Source: Phoronis australis (Eukaryota > Animalia > Phoronida). Taken from it: a stretch of DNA of 64,000 nt. The position numbers and the translations under genes are program-made. Where the stretch lies: the NCBI GenBank assembly GCA_002633005.1, contig NMRA01000924.1:34206-98205 (forward strand). The letters run 5' to 3'. This document shows positions 13,501 to 24,800 of the stretch, piece after piece. Position 1 is the first letter of the stretch. The number at the start of each line of letters is the position of its first letter. Below the pieces are notes generated by a model, which saw nothing but the letters and a program-made list of their open reading frames with translations, was not told where the DNA came from and did no database searches.

Positions 13501-15753
13501 TAGAAAGTAAATGCACACCTCAAACTGCACGCAAATCAAGTACTGAGTATGCATCCCTGCCACCATATCTGTGCCACGTTTTGTTTTGAGTCGTTTTGAT
13601 AATTTTGGAGAAGCACTATTTTGTTGAAAACGGAATGGCACGGCAATTGAATTTACATGGTGCTGGCGCATCTCACCCATAAACTGTAGTGTGAAGTTTC
13701 ATAAGAACCTGTCGTGCTGCTTAAGAAAATTAACAGACAAGACAAATCTTGAGGGCATTTAAAAATGCAGCAATAGCGTTAAAATGCCGTTGACTATTCT
13801 GGTAACCACATAGGCTAGTTGTATCTGTGTATACGTACACATCTGAGAAAATAATTGGGCTGGTCGAATGAAGCTTAGAGTTTAAGACAAGTTCAAATCA
13901 CCCTGTCCACATCACTGGTTGACTGGGAACAGATTCACGTAGGGAAGTGAAAGTAGTGTACAAGTAATCGCATTTTTTCAAATGACTGTTGCTGCAGTCG
14001 TAAGTAGCGCAAATAGCACGGTGTCAGTTGACCCTCAGAAATTGCGTGCACCCCTGTCGGTCCTTGGCTCTACATGTTGATATAAGTTTCACGAGTTGAC
14101 AAACAGAACTTAAACGTGCCACATGAAACTTTGGGAACTAAGAGAGCTCAACACACACATTAGTAGCAAGCTGTGTTTTGACCATAGTCTTCATGCATCT
14201 ACCCGAGATAGCCAGCCAGGTAACTACAGCTTGTTACCACTGACTTCCAGCATGTCATGGCATGTGCACTATTCTAATCTATACTTATATGGTGTATACT
14301 AAATTTATGTTCAAGTAGATTGAAATGAGCTCCCATGGGAGCATACTAGAGGTATGTTCCACAAAACTACAAGAACATAAACACGCATGACCAAAGAAGA
14401 CAATCCTCGGCCATGCCTAGCCCCAACCAGACCCACTGGTTCCCCCCACGATTGCCAAATTCTTCAACAAGCATTAGACTCCCTAGCCTCTTGGGAAAAC
14501 TCCTGGAAAATGAACTTTAATATCTCCAAATGCAATACTCTTCGTATCCACAGAAAACGTTCCCCCATAATATACAATTACAGCCTACACAACGCTTCAC
14601 TCAAATGCATTAATAAAGCCCCATACCTCGGGGTCACTCTCAACAATAATTTATCATGGAACACTCATATAGACAAAATCACCTCAAAGGCAAACAAAAC
14701 TCTTGGCTTCATTAAACGAATTCTCAAATATGCTCCTCAAAAAACAAAAGCCCTTGCCTACACTTCACTTGTTAGACCAAAACTAGAATACTCCTCCTCT
14801 GTCTGGGACCCATCCACTCGTACAAACATTGAAAACATAAAAAAATACAGTGTAGAGCAGCCAGGGTCGTTTTAAATGACCACTCAAGGTACTCCTCCAT
14901 TTCATCCATGCTCAAAACTCTCAATTGGCCAACTCTCCAGGAAAGACGAGCTCAGAACAAACTATTCCCTCTGTTGTAGATGTGCTTCCGGTGAATTATA
15001 TGAGACTCTGTTAGCTACTCGCTAACGGGCAATTGCCTATTAGCTGAATGGTTAGCACGCTTGCCGGTTTTATGGGGGTCGCGGGTTCGATCCCCGAGTC
15101 AAGTGAGCTCGGCTATTACTACACTTCTGTACAAGACCGTACATAACCTCGTTGATATTCCTCACTCATACCTTCCACTCCTACAGACCTCCATATCACA
15201 TAACTCCCACTCCCATACCTTTGAGAGATTATACATCCGCACTGCATACTACGCAAACTCTTTCCTTCCATCTACCATTCTACTCTGGAATAGACTCCCA
15301 CAATTCGCCATCTCATTAGAAAATACTAGAAATATTCACAAGTCTCATCTTGAACATCAATCTTACACCGTAATCATAAGACCTTTTTATCTTGGCACTA
15401 ACCAGCACTTCGTTTTATCGTTATTTTTCAAAGTTACGTGCATCTAAGTTTTATACTAACAGTGCGCCAACAAGTAAGGATCGATACCACGATCGTTTGT
15501 TGATTTTTGGAAGAAAAGAAGTAAGAAGAGCCAAGCCAAGCCAGTCAAGGCAAGGGTTAGATCTCCGCCAACGTCATAGGCCAAACTATTCACTGCTCAC
15601 ATGATCGCAGCTCAAAACTCTAAAATTTTTCCACACTTTGTGCATAATACTAGATGCTTTGAACGGTACAAATGTCAACAACCACTCTTAAAACGTCACA
15701 AAACTCACCTTAGAATGTCTCGACTCGGGACCAACATTACTAGTCGCCGCCAT
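571..15753 (-). CDS. INTS5: Integrator complex subunit 5, spliced gene (exons 1-10; 3' part lies beyond left edge of window)
   Basis: Phase-consistent GT-AG exon chain: 15753-15709, 13118-12810, 12454-12300, 11359-11264, 8759-8534, 7800-7683, 5843-5614, 3877-3741, 3352-3247, 1476-1289, 767-571 (11 segments counting the 15-codon start exon). Translation contains INTS5 signatures [111 protein letters not shown] that I recognise from human INTS5. Confidence 0.93.
1289..1476 (-). CDS. INTS5: INTS5 exon ([14 protein letters not shown]...KPSTR)
   Basis: tttcag / gtacat; overlaps ORF 1273..1476. Confidence 0.82.
1523..1553. repeat. (CAA)n microsatellite
   Basis: Direct reading. Confidence 0.9.
2303..2760. 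repeat. 60-bp minisatellite, ~7-8 copies
   Basis: Unit cccagtcaaagtaagcccggggtgatcccaacattaaagcttaaagctcctgtctaggca at exact 60-bp spacing, degenerating rightwards. Confidence 0.9.
2785..2899. mobile_element. Small foldback/MITE-like element
   Basis: ~38-bp imperfect inverted arms tagaaagctgacaatctccgcacatataaagtagttcat / atgaactttttatttgtgcggcgattgtccattttcta. Confidence 0.6.
3247..3352 (-). CDS. INTS5: INTS5 exon ([35 protein letters not shown])
   Basis: ttgcag / gtgaga; phase 2 in, phase 0 out. Confidence 0.87.
3741..3877 (-). CDS. INTS5: INTS5 exon ([14 protein letters not shown]...[10 protein letters not shown]...)
   Basis: ttgcag / gtaggg; resembles human LLLHLQKLVHHR...VPFLDALKNH. 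Confidence 0.87.
5614..5843 (-). CDS. INTS5: INTS5 exon ([12 protein letters not shown]...CSVIL)
   Basis: ccgcag / gtatga; overlaps ORF 5608..5835; phases fit neighbours. Confidence 0.88.
5873..6519 (+). mobile_element. Possible solo LTR
   Basis: TG...CA ends (tgtgag...aaaaaca), internal TATAAATA at 6146 and AGTAAA at ~6235, flanks atac/agac (4 bp, 1 mismatch). Confidence 0.35.
6811..7417. mobile_element. Non-autonomous Tc1/mariner (pogo/Tigger-like) MITE
   Basis: TA|ccgtattcgctgtaataaccaccc ... gggcggttattacggtgaatacgg|TA: terminal inverted repeats with TA flanks. Confidence 0.8.
7493..7662. repeat. Compound GAT/GACGGGCCT simple repeat
   Basis: (gatgatgacgggcct)-type units next to an INTS5 donor. 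Confidence 0.85.
7683..7800 (-). CDS. INTS5: INTS5 exon ([25 protein letters not shown]...)
   Basis: tttcag / gtaagt; TVPFLLxLAxMS motif. Confidence 0.9.
8534..8759 (-). CDS. INTS5: INTS5 exon ([18 protein letters not shown]...ALLALFK)
   Basis: ctctag / gtaaca; overlaps ORF 8495..8728. Confidence 0.93.
9478..9583. repeat. Two-copy ~63-bp tandem duplication
   Basis: gcaagagcaat..a..cattgaca.gcacccattgggggcctc occurs twice. Confidence 0.75.
10998..11085. repeat. Two-copy ~44-bp tandem duplication
   Basis: ctaggt.attagttctac.t.atccattagcagaactgcacctc twice. Confidence 0.8.
11264..11359 (-). CDS. INTS5: INTS5 exon ([32 protein letters not shown])
   Basis: ttccag / gtaagg; highly conserved HSPHFDWVV motif. 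Confidence 0.95.
11518..11850. mobile_element. Degenerate MITE-like inverted repeat
   Basis: gaaaacaaaaatga...gcataaaaatgacacttcgatatt pairs with aatatcaaaatgtcattttcatgc...tcagttttgttttc. Confidence 0.45.
12300..12454 (-). CDS. INTS5: INTS5 exon ([13 protein letters not shown]...GFSSM)
   Basis: ttccag acceptor, gtgagt donor; conserved LNELLQVWM motif. Confidence 0.93.
12810..13118 (-). CDS. INTS5: INTS5 exon ([12 protein letters not shown]...AWAAIISS)
   Basis: tttcag acceptor, gtaagt donor; overlaps ORF 12768..13091. Confidence 0.93.
13366..13460 (-). mobile_element. Truncated tRNA-derived SINE-like fragment
   Basis: Minus strand gcgcagtaagcacgagatcctgggtccgagtcctggtcggggggca resembles anticodon arm plus degenerate B-box (GGTCCGAGTCC); no A-box. 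Confidence 0.45.
14441..15530 (+). mobile_element. 5'-truncated non-LTR retrotransposon (CR1/Jockey-group-like RT C-terminal fragment), frameshifted, antisense in INTS5 intron 1
   Basis: [10 protein letters not shown]...[33 protein letters not shown]...[18 protein letters not shown], then [10 protein letters not shown] and [14 protein letters not shown]; AAG-rich tail near 15510-15530. Confidence 0.88.
14962..15117 (+). mobile_element. tRNA-like/SINE-type insert nested in the LINE
   Basis: A-box TAGCTGAATGG (15041) and B-box GGTTCGATCCC (~15084); acceptor stem does not pair; removing the segment restores LINE frame ERRAQNK|TTLLYK. Confidence 0.65.
15709..15753 (-). CDS. INTS5: INTS5 first coding exon ([15 protein letters not shown])
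   Basis: ATGGCGGCG start, ends AAG|gtgagt, phase 0 matches next exon AAC ATC CTG. Confidence 0.75.
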
Positions 15754-15760
15754 TATGAAA

Positions 15761-15777
15761 TTACTGCCCTCTGGTGG
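15761..15777 (-). promoter_or_regulatory. CTCF-type motif just upstream of INTS5 start codon
   Basis: Minus strand CCACCAGAGGGCAGTAA matches CCASYAGRKGGCRS; the adjacent ATAATGGCGGCG start context resembles a YY1 site. Confidence 0.6.
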
Positions 15778-17607
15778 ATTTTTTTACACGAAGAGAGTGC
15801 CTCCTTATGGTCAAATTTCAACTTAAAAGTAGAAATTAGACCAATTTGTCTCGAACCGTATGTACTGGCCACCTGCATAGTTAGCTAGGGAGAGCGACGA
15901 AACAAGAAATTACTAAAGAACCACTTAAGGGAAACAGTTTTCAAAAAACAGTTTCATCGATTGTCTTAGAGCAACACTAAGGGTTTATTTTCTTAAACAT
16001 CATCGCAATAATCAAATCAGCGTGCTGTCAACCGAGCCCAAGATTCACCTTACAGTACGAGTTCCGTGCACGCAATTGCGCTTTCTACTAACAGTTTCCT
16101 ACAATTCAAAAAATCAGAAACCCTTTCCGGTGCACTAAAAAAAATCACAAATCAACTTAATTCTGCAATTTGTCAACTTGCAAGACTCAGGATCGAGGAC
16201 GGTTAGATCCGATGAACAAGTTTTGCCGGACAAGCTTTGATTTGCGTGAAAATCGGTTTTCTAAAGTTTTTGCCAAAATCAAGCTCCGACATGTTTTGTT
16301 GTTTCAGGGGAGGGACGGCAATCTTTACGATCTTGCATCTAGCACACATGGCCAATAGCCTACAGCTATCGACAAATAAACAAAATTGCCATAAGTCACT
16401 TACTGTCAAGTGACAGGGGCATTATTTTATAATTATTAACCAAAGCATAAAATGCCGGATAAGAAATTAAGTAAATTAAATTTATCAGAGAATCAATAGC
16501 AGCCCTTCGTTACCGCAATTATCTGAAAACTTGTAGTCGTGCCATTGCGTGAAATCTAGAGATTTAATCTGCCCAATGCCTGCAAATGTTATTTTTCCGG
16601 CAATGCTAGAAGGCCGGCTGTGATCCCGTCCTCGCCTTCTCGCCGCTTTGTAACCTCCTAAGAATGACACCCCCGGAAGGTCAGATCAAATACAAAAAGT
16701 ACTAGGAGGTGACGACGAAAACAGTCCAAATTGATAAAAACGTTTTTGATTCAAAGCGTAAATCGGTGTTGATGTCGGAGTGTTTCCATTACTTTCCAGG
16801 CTCCGGTATCAGACTAGCGAATTGCTGAGGACTTAATAAGTGAAATATTAACCGAATATGTGTATTAGTGCGGTTTATTTTGAACAAAAGGATGTCATTT
16901 TGAAAGGGCATAGATAAAGCAAGTCGGCGTTAGAATAAATTCTGTATTCATTAGCGAAAACGAAAACGAAAGAGCATCCAACTTGAGTTGTCTGATAGGA
17001 GTGTGATCGTTATTTTATCTGCTCTGAACCTGGATTATCAAGAACAGCTTTTAAGATCGACACAAAAGAGACTAGGACTGAACCCATGTTAGTGACATTA
17101 AATGTGTTTTCTGTATAACCCATTGTTTGTTTGATATGACTGTTATATTCGGCAAGATACATGTATCTATGTGTATGGCATACCCAAGGCTACTCCAACG
17201 GTGCGGCCCTTTATCATCAAACAAAAAGCAATGTTCTGATGGTGTGCGCTTCGCAACTCACTGAGACACCGAACAGGTGACACGTCACGAACAGCACTAC
17301 CTTTTGTGAATCATTGAAAGGTGTCGATGCATCGTTAATCAAATTTCTGAGCAATATGTATAATATTATTGAAATACTTTTCAGTTCTGTAAAATTTTTA
17401 GTACATGGAACGTTGCATTTGAGCAAAAATACCACTTTAGGGATACTTCAAATTAAGTGTCCAGTAATTTGGCATTAGTGTTGATCAATATTATTTTTGC
17501 CGCCTAGTTGCATGTCTCAAGGAACTCATGAGTTATTACAACGTTGATTTTTATAAAGCTTCTATTATTTTCACCTGTCTCCAAACGTTTTTTCACACGT
17601 GTACGCA

Positions 17608-17861
17608 TGCGCGCACCCAGCCTTCGACATGGGGGGGGGCTCCAATTCCTAGCATTGTGGACCTTTTGGTAACAAAATAGCCGGCTGACAAAAAAAAAGA
17701 AAACAGGCGCAGCACTGTGAATTGCGCGTTTGCACTTGTTTAGTTGCCTTTTGTCTCAATTTCTCGGACTTTTTGTTTCTCGCACGCGGACGTTTTTGCC
17801 CACTTCACCAAATGGAGGAGCTCGTTCGAGCCCCCTCCCCGACCCCCCCTGGGTGCGCGCA
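17608..17861. mobile_element. MITE with GC-rich TIRs
   Basis: tgcgcgcacccag ... ctgggtgcgcgca; related sequence at 37503-37763 (opposite orientation) and partly 55730-55851. Confidence 0.65.
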
Positions 17862-20329
17862 ACGTAAATGTAGTGTTGGTTGTAAATAACCAGTTACTTC
17901 AACGTACAGAGGCGCCGTAGGGGGCGACGGGAGGAGACGGACAAGAGGGCCATAGGTTGACAAAATTAGCTTGCTAATTTGATAGTATTCCATGGACTTG
18001 TGTTACGATATTTTTAAACTTTACCACCTTCTTCCTATACCTACTTTTTGAGTGAAAATCTTACTTCATCACACGTGTCTAGTTTAATCCTCAAAATCCT
18101 TTAAACATGTGTAATTAAAAGAAGTATCACGTTCTTCAATAGGTTGTAGTGTGTTTGAAAATAGTATTTTTTTTCTGCTTTATTCATCTATTTTGTTCCT
18201 TTCTGTTGTTCAAAGAACACTGTAGGCCACGCTAAAAACGCATCTGTTACAATGCTGGCTACACCATTCGTTGTCCGATAATTTCAGAATGTGTGCAGAC
18301 ACTAAATTTCAAAATTTTGCCAAGATTCACCAAATTCATTGGCTAATTAAGCGAAAATGTGCAACTTTAAACGCGGGTTCCTTTTTCTTTTGAAATATAA
18401 GCTACGTATGGTGATGATTACCGCGTAAATGTGCTCCTACGGCTCAACTTAGAACCACTGTTGTCTTGCAATGATGAACACCGGTGGTATGAAAGCCACG
18501 TACGCACGTTTTTCTTTGGCACGTGTGCGACTATCATTCGTCTGTTTTATCGCTCACATTGTCGTCTGCACTTGTCAACACGTGGTTATACAACTAAGAA
18601 GCAGGCCGTCAAAACTATGTTAAGAACTATAATTCCCCAAATAAGCCAGAACGAAAATTGACCTTGAGAGCTCAAAGCCCAGACAGTTCTCAGTGCGGTA
18701 GTAAGTGCACGTGTCCTTAACTTAGACATTTTGTCAAGGTGTGAGTTTTGGAAATAAATGTTGAAAGAAGACTGAATTTTGTTGGCCAGGAAACGAATCG
18801 ATATTCACAAACCAGAGCAAACACTATCAAGGTTCCTACATGTACAGAGAAATGGAACTGTCCTACAGGTACATGTACACACGTGGCAGTGACAGCAACT
18901 GCGTTTTGTCAGTGAGTTTAGTGACTAACCGAAATTTGACCAGTGAATTGTAAATCTACGTCACTGATACAAAAGCGTTTCGACGCGGATAAGTTGTCAG
19001 TCTTTTATTATATTGACCGGTCTTTAAAACATTACCACACTTATAGGATATTGAATTATTGCCCTCTGCAGAATGAGCCGGCAAATCAAGTAACAAATAA
19101 TGAGTACATGCCCCTTTTTGGAATTCCCCAATATTGTAGTAATCGAAGCCTAATATAATGTAAAGCGTATGAATACATGTGCTATTGAGATGCCACGTTT
19201 ACATGTACAGTGTTCTTGTTGATAACATAAATAGACCTGGTCCCCTCACGGTAAGGAGCACCACGACACTGGTTTCGTGAGAGTATAGACTAAACAGCCC
19301 AATTCGATTTACTTTTTAGCAGTGAGGGCAAAATGTAGTTATGAAACTCAATACAGATTTTGGCAGAACGCCACTTTGGACACGCATCAGCATGCTTGAC
19401 CTAAAACTGACAGTGGGAAACTTCATTACTTCATTATCATCTTTATCGTTCTCGTCGTCTTCGTCGCCTTCCATCCTGTATAGACGATACACTGGAAACT
19501 TCATCGGTACTTAAAATTGTCCGTGTTGGAACGCCTGGGTCCTGTAGGGGCTGGGCTAATCAAAGGTCTCAGGATCACTTTGCTTGAGGCGGCTGTAAAC
19601 CTGCATGGCGTTAAAGAAAAAAAAATGACTTAGACCCCTTTAAAGCCGTTGTAAAACTGACTTTTAACTAACTGCAAACTCAGACGAAAAGTGGCTTCTG
19701 GGCATTCAAAAAAGTGACACGTCGTTATATTGCTTAGGTTGCTCCACGCAAAAATTGACCGAACCAGCGTAGGGTCTAAAATCAGTCATTCACAGGCGCT
19801 GAAATCGCATCTAAATTGACTTAGAGTCATACGTGTAGACAGCAGTTTCTTAAGCGCAAGTGAGCTCAACAAAAAGCTAGTTAAAAGCTAGACGGAAGGT
19901 AGCATATAACTGCGCAAACAGCAATCCAATGTGTGCTTCGCCCATACTCAAACAACATACATATTTGACACATTGATTTAAGGAGCCAAACCAACAACAT
20001 TTACCTGGGAAAATTTGAAATTCTACTTTTGGAAACAACAAAAAATGGTAACTGACTTTGATGTGTTTAACAATTTAGAGAAAGGCCGTTCGCAGACTGC
20101 AATTCAACAAATTTGAAAAAGTAGGAATGATTAAAAAACTCAAGGGTTTTTAATTTTGCGGGGCACCCTAAAACATCATGACGGACTCGGCGAGATAATG
20201 AACGGAGTGATGTCATGCCTATGCGGAGCAATACCGGCGACGGCAGCGCCAACGACCAACCGAGTCGGAGAAGTAGACTTTAAGTACCTTTGAAATGTGG
20301 ACACCCCCGCCATTATACCTTAATGTAGA

Positions 20330-20750
20330 CACGTGTCAAGACGACACCGGCTGCACCACCAATATTCACGTGACAGCCAGGCCCTCTTAAAGCCAATAGC
20401 CAATCCAAATATGGTGAACACCTGCCGTGCCATGAGACAGGAAAACAGGAGCAGTAAACAGACAAACAACGACAGGCGTGTCCGTCCACTCCAGTCCACC
20501 AAAGATCACTCGCGAGCGTGTGACGATCATTGATTGAGAACATTCACCGACCAGCGCTCCTCACGTACGGGCGCACTGCTGGAAGTACATGTATAGAAAA
20601 CACCGATCAAGAAACGTTTAACACGTCCAAAACGTTAAAAGCATTGCTGACGATAAAGCGCGTTTGAATTTCGAGTTGTTTGCGGAGCAACGTGATAGAG
20701 AGTGACAGAGAGAGAGAGAGAGAGCAAGTTGTACAACTGTGATTTAAGGT
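20330..20750 (+). promoter_or_regulatory. Putative pappalysin promoter and non-coding first exon
   Basis: CpG-rich; CCAAT boxes (20359, 20393, 20400), CACGTG E-boxes, (GA)n tract ~20697-20724, donor AAG|gtatt at 20749 and acceptor ttacag| at 21339 upstream of ATG 21370. Confidence 0.45.
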
Positions 20751-21369
20751 ATTAAAATTGTGATATTTTGAACAAGTTTAACATGGCAAAGATAAAGATT
20801 TGCCACTCAAATTTCAGTTCAATTTCAAAAATTATTCTGTATGACACATGGGACACGCGAATTCACGAACAGGCACGACAGGAAAAATTAATAGGTCTTC
20901 AATAGGTTTATAAGACAACGGGGTAGGATTTTGATTATTTCGAAGAGAGAGAGAGGGTGCCCGAGGACAATAGCAAATCTGGCCCCATTTTAACCCGGCG
21001 ATGATCGTGTTCGCACACACCCTTTATAGCACAGCTTTCTATTAAACTCGTTAGACAAATTCCAAATCTCACCGTTAGCTTTGATAATCATCAACTTAAA
21101 GGAAACTGTCGGTTTTCAAAAATGATGGTGCACCAAAAGAAAATTGTGTTATTTGCGCGAGATGAAGCCATCATACAAAAAGCGAGTAGTTCTATAGCAT
21201 TATTTTATTTTACTTATCATTAGCAATGAATAAATATTCATTTTGAGAAAAACTATACAGTGGCAACAACGTTGCCCTTGAGTGAAACGCATAGTCATTG
21301 GGACAAAGTTGTACTACAGGCACTGTTTCTCATTTACAGGTAATTCACGGCACAAGCCTGGCAGACGAC

Positions 21370-21817
21370 ATGGTCTTTGTTGTCAAATTGTTTACACTCA
21401 TCTTCGTCGTGATTTTCACTTTTCTGATTATGACGTCGAATTCTTCTCAACCACCCAAGTCCAAAGTTCAACCAGGAATTTCAAGGTCGAGACAGTCACA
21501 GTCCGAAGTCCATTTGACAAAAAAGGAAATTCGACGAAAGCAGGACGAAGATCTGGCTGAAAAGAGTCTGCGCAATTGTCACGTGATTGAGAGAAAGCGA
21601 GAAGGGTTGCATGTGCTTTCGCGCCATCCCCGCGACGCAAAAAATTATCTCAGAAGAAGGACCTCAGCGTCTTTTGGAAATGCAGTGAAATTTTCCAAAG
21701 GAGGCGCTGTTTTACGCTTACGTAAAAGTGGCATTACAACTCTCCCACGACAGTCATTCAGTGTAACGGCTTGGATCAAACCGGAAGGGGGCCAAGCAGA
21801 CGGGGTTCTAATCGTTG
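21370..21817 (+). CDS. PAPPA: Pappalysin exon 1: signal peptide/propeptide and start of LamG domain
   Basis: MVFVVKLFTLIFVVIFTFLIM hydrophobic leader, basic RHPR/RRR processing-type sites, FSVTAWIKPEGGQ; donor G|gtgagt. Confidence 0.9.
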
Positions 21818-24800
21818 GTGAGTAGAGCACGTGATAGAGTCACGTGACACAGTTATAACCATAACCTCAGCGTCAGAATTGCAATTTCAAATTTTGCTTG
21901 AAATTGCGAACAAGTGGTACACTTTTTTGTTAATCAATTTCGTTTATTGAACGAAAATCTTGAATTCAGCATTTGTAAAACAAGAATATTCGAAACCAGT
22001 TTTACATCCGTAACGTAACCTGCAGTCATTTAAAGTACTGTATGTCTAGTTTACACATACGCTACCTCTTTGCCACTAAAAAAGGTTTCATAATTTTCTA
22101 TTGTCGACCGAGCAATAATATTCCCATTTTCTCTCGGCTCTTGTACACGTATATCTGAGAAAAACGATTGTGCGAACGGCAAAAGCTAAGGAGTGTGAAA
22201 TTGGCATCCAACGTTCTGGATATGATTATGCGCACACCGCAAATCAATCAAGCACAATTAGAGGAGGTCAAACTATTTGTCCACCAGGCAGGTGTTTATA
22301 TTCCAGTTTATTATTCTTTATTTTACACGCTTTTCTAATACGAATTTGTTGATGGAAATTGGACCTCAACCAAATTCGAAAATCTAATATTGGAGCCCAG
22401 TGGAACCGACTGGTAGGAGATATTAACGATTGAATTGAACGCCAGAGCGGGGCAGTTTATCTGCGTTGAACGGATACAAAAGAAAACGACAAACATAATG
22501 AAATAAATCCAGCCGTGAAATGAAATAAAAAGCAAAATCTACATGTATGGTAAAATGCTATACTGTAACCCTAACTTTCATATGTTCTTATAGTAGCTGG
22601 TGGAATTTAAGGTACATGCCAAGAACGTCGTTATTTGTTTATTCACAAGACAAATAAATTCTTGCTAAAAATGCCTTTTCTACCAATATCATCACGGGGG
22701 ATATAGAGAGACAATGGTCGCTTATTCAATTTGCTTTTTAAAATCTCAAATTATTCCATTCTACTAGTACAGCGCGCTTGACATGGCTCAAGACTTGAAT
22801 TTTTTTTCACTAAAAACGTTTGGTTTTCCAAGAAGTCCATTTTGCCAATCATTTTTTCCAAACTATAGTGACACTGTTCTCAAACCTTGTCATGGTCTAG
22901 TTAAAGTTATCAATCGCCGATTTTGTACTTAATTTTGGCAAATACACAACTGCAGTCACTTTCAAATCGAAAATATAGTTAATACTATTACAATTTAAAA
23001 AAGAACTCCTGATACTGATTTGTAGTTCATTGATGTATTATATTTGAAAATTGCGTCATTCTGTAATGTGATGAAAACCCTCATGTAGACACATACGTTG
23101 TACTACAATACGTGGAACGCCAGCTCCTTATATTCTCAGTGCACAAGATGAGTCATCATGCGCATAAACTTCCACCAACCCTATTGGCCCTCAACGCCAT
23201 TGCTCACTTGCTCCGCCTGGTGTGATAGATGTTTTACTTACGCCAAATACGTACATTGTCAGCTCACTGTGCGGTTCCATGTAGCTGGACAGGGCAGTAT
23301 GAACTGTTTAACCTTTATTTTTTGAAGATTGTCGACTAGATAGTCAAAAAGTTTGTGATTTACCATATCCAAGATATTCATTACCACAAATCGCCTTTCC
23401 TCCATGCGAAACACTCAATTTGGAATACATGATGTTAATGATTTTGGTACTAACTTGGTAATTTACGAGACCAGTCGTGTCCGCCCTGAGACCAACATTC
23501 ATACAATTACTTAGCCCCAAAACAAAGAAAACAGTGAATCTTCAAATTATTGCAGTTATAGCCTTATTGTCATTGCAAGCGCACTATTGCCGATTACTTC
23601 GTCATTGGCGAATCCGAGATCGAGTGAATAAAAAGCTACCTTCATGAATTATCGCCGCAGGTCTAAGTTAAAAAAAGTCGGTAATTATGTTAAGCCACTG
23701 ATGACATAACTTGATTGTCAAGCCCTGTTTTCGCCATTTATTCGCTATTTTAGGAGAAATTTGCATCGTTAGGTCGACATAGAAAGAACTGAAAAAATTG
23801 AGCTGTTTGTTCTACCTACATGTGTACATGTAGATATCAACCACGCATGTGTGCACGCCCTGCGTATGCTCAACTAAATTTCTGGGGCTTACTTAAGCTA
23901 CTAACATTCGGTGTAGTGAACTAATACTACCCGTTGTTACGAAAAGGAAATAAACTTCACTCTGACAGGCATCTTTGGCAAGGCCTTCTCTGAATAAAGA
24001 ATGGGATTATATCTACACTAGTTATATACATGTATAATATGGCGACCTCAGGTTAATAATTATGGCTGTATTTTACAGCACACGATCAAGAGATAACCTT
24101 TTTTGAAATAAACGTTAGATGGCGCATAATGTGAACGTGAGATTCAAAATAGAAGCATTTTTGTGAACTGTGGCTCATGATAGTGCTGTACATAAAAGTC
24201 TACACTGTACTTCCTGGAACGAATTTATGCTATTCTGGACGTATTGGACTGACACAGTGAAACACGATTTTAATTCGCTTTTTAGTGTGACGTCATTTTG
24301 AAATCGTGTACCCACTCAAATGAAATTAAAATAACTATATTGACAACAATGATAATAACTAGGCCTCGTTAGCTCTGTGAGTTACTAAGCACTTTGAAAA
24401 ATTTTACCTGGCTATGGCCCTGGCCAGTCCCACCCCTTCTGAACTATCCGGGAGCATACAACGGATGCAAGCGTTGTCGGCCAACACCGATTAATCCAAC
24501 ACACACTTTTGTAAAGAAATATCAAGTACTAAATTGACCCCCGTGGTAATCTGAATTGGAAAAATCCAAGACCAGCAAAATTTTAGAAAACATATGGTGA
24601 CTGAGCATTTCCATTCCAGTTTGCGGGTCCTAATCTCGTCATAGTGATGGTAAATACACGTACACTAAAATTGAACAGGTTTCAAAACATGTCCACAGTT
24701 GTGAACTCATACATGTATCATCTTCGAATTTGCATTGTTAAGGCACGTCATCACTATTCGAATACTCAAACTTGGACACCTCAAATGATATCTGAAGTAT

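Noticed and set aside
15034-15105. Functional tRNA gene
   Set aside because: Acceptor stem does not pair and the anticodon arm is degenerate; treated as a tRNA-like mobile insert.
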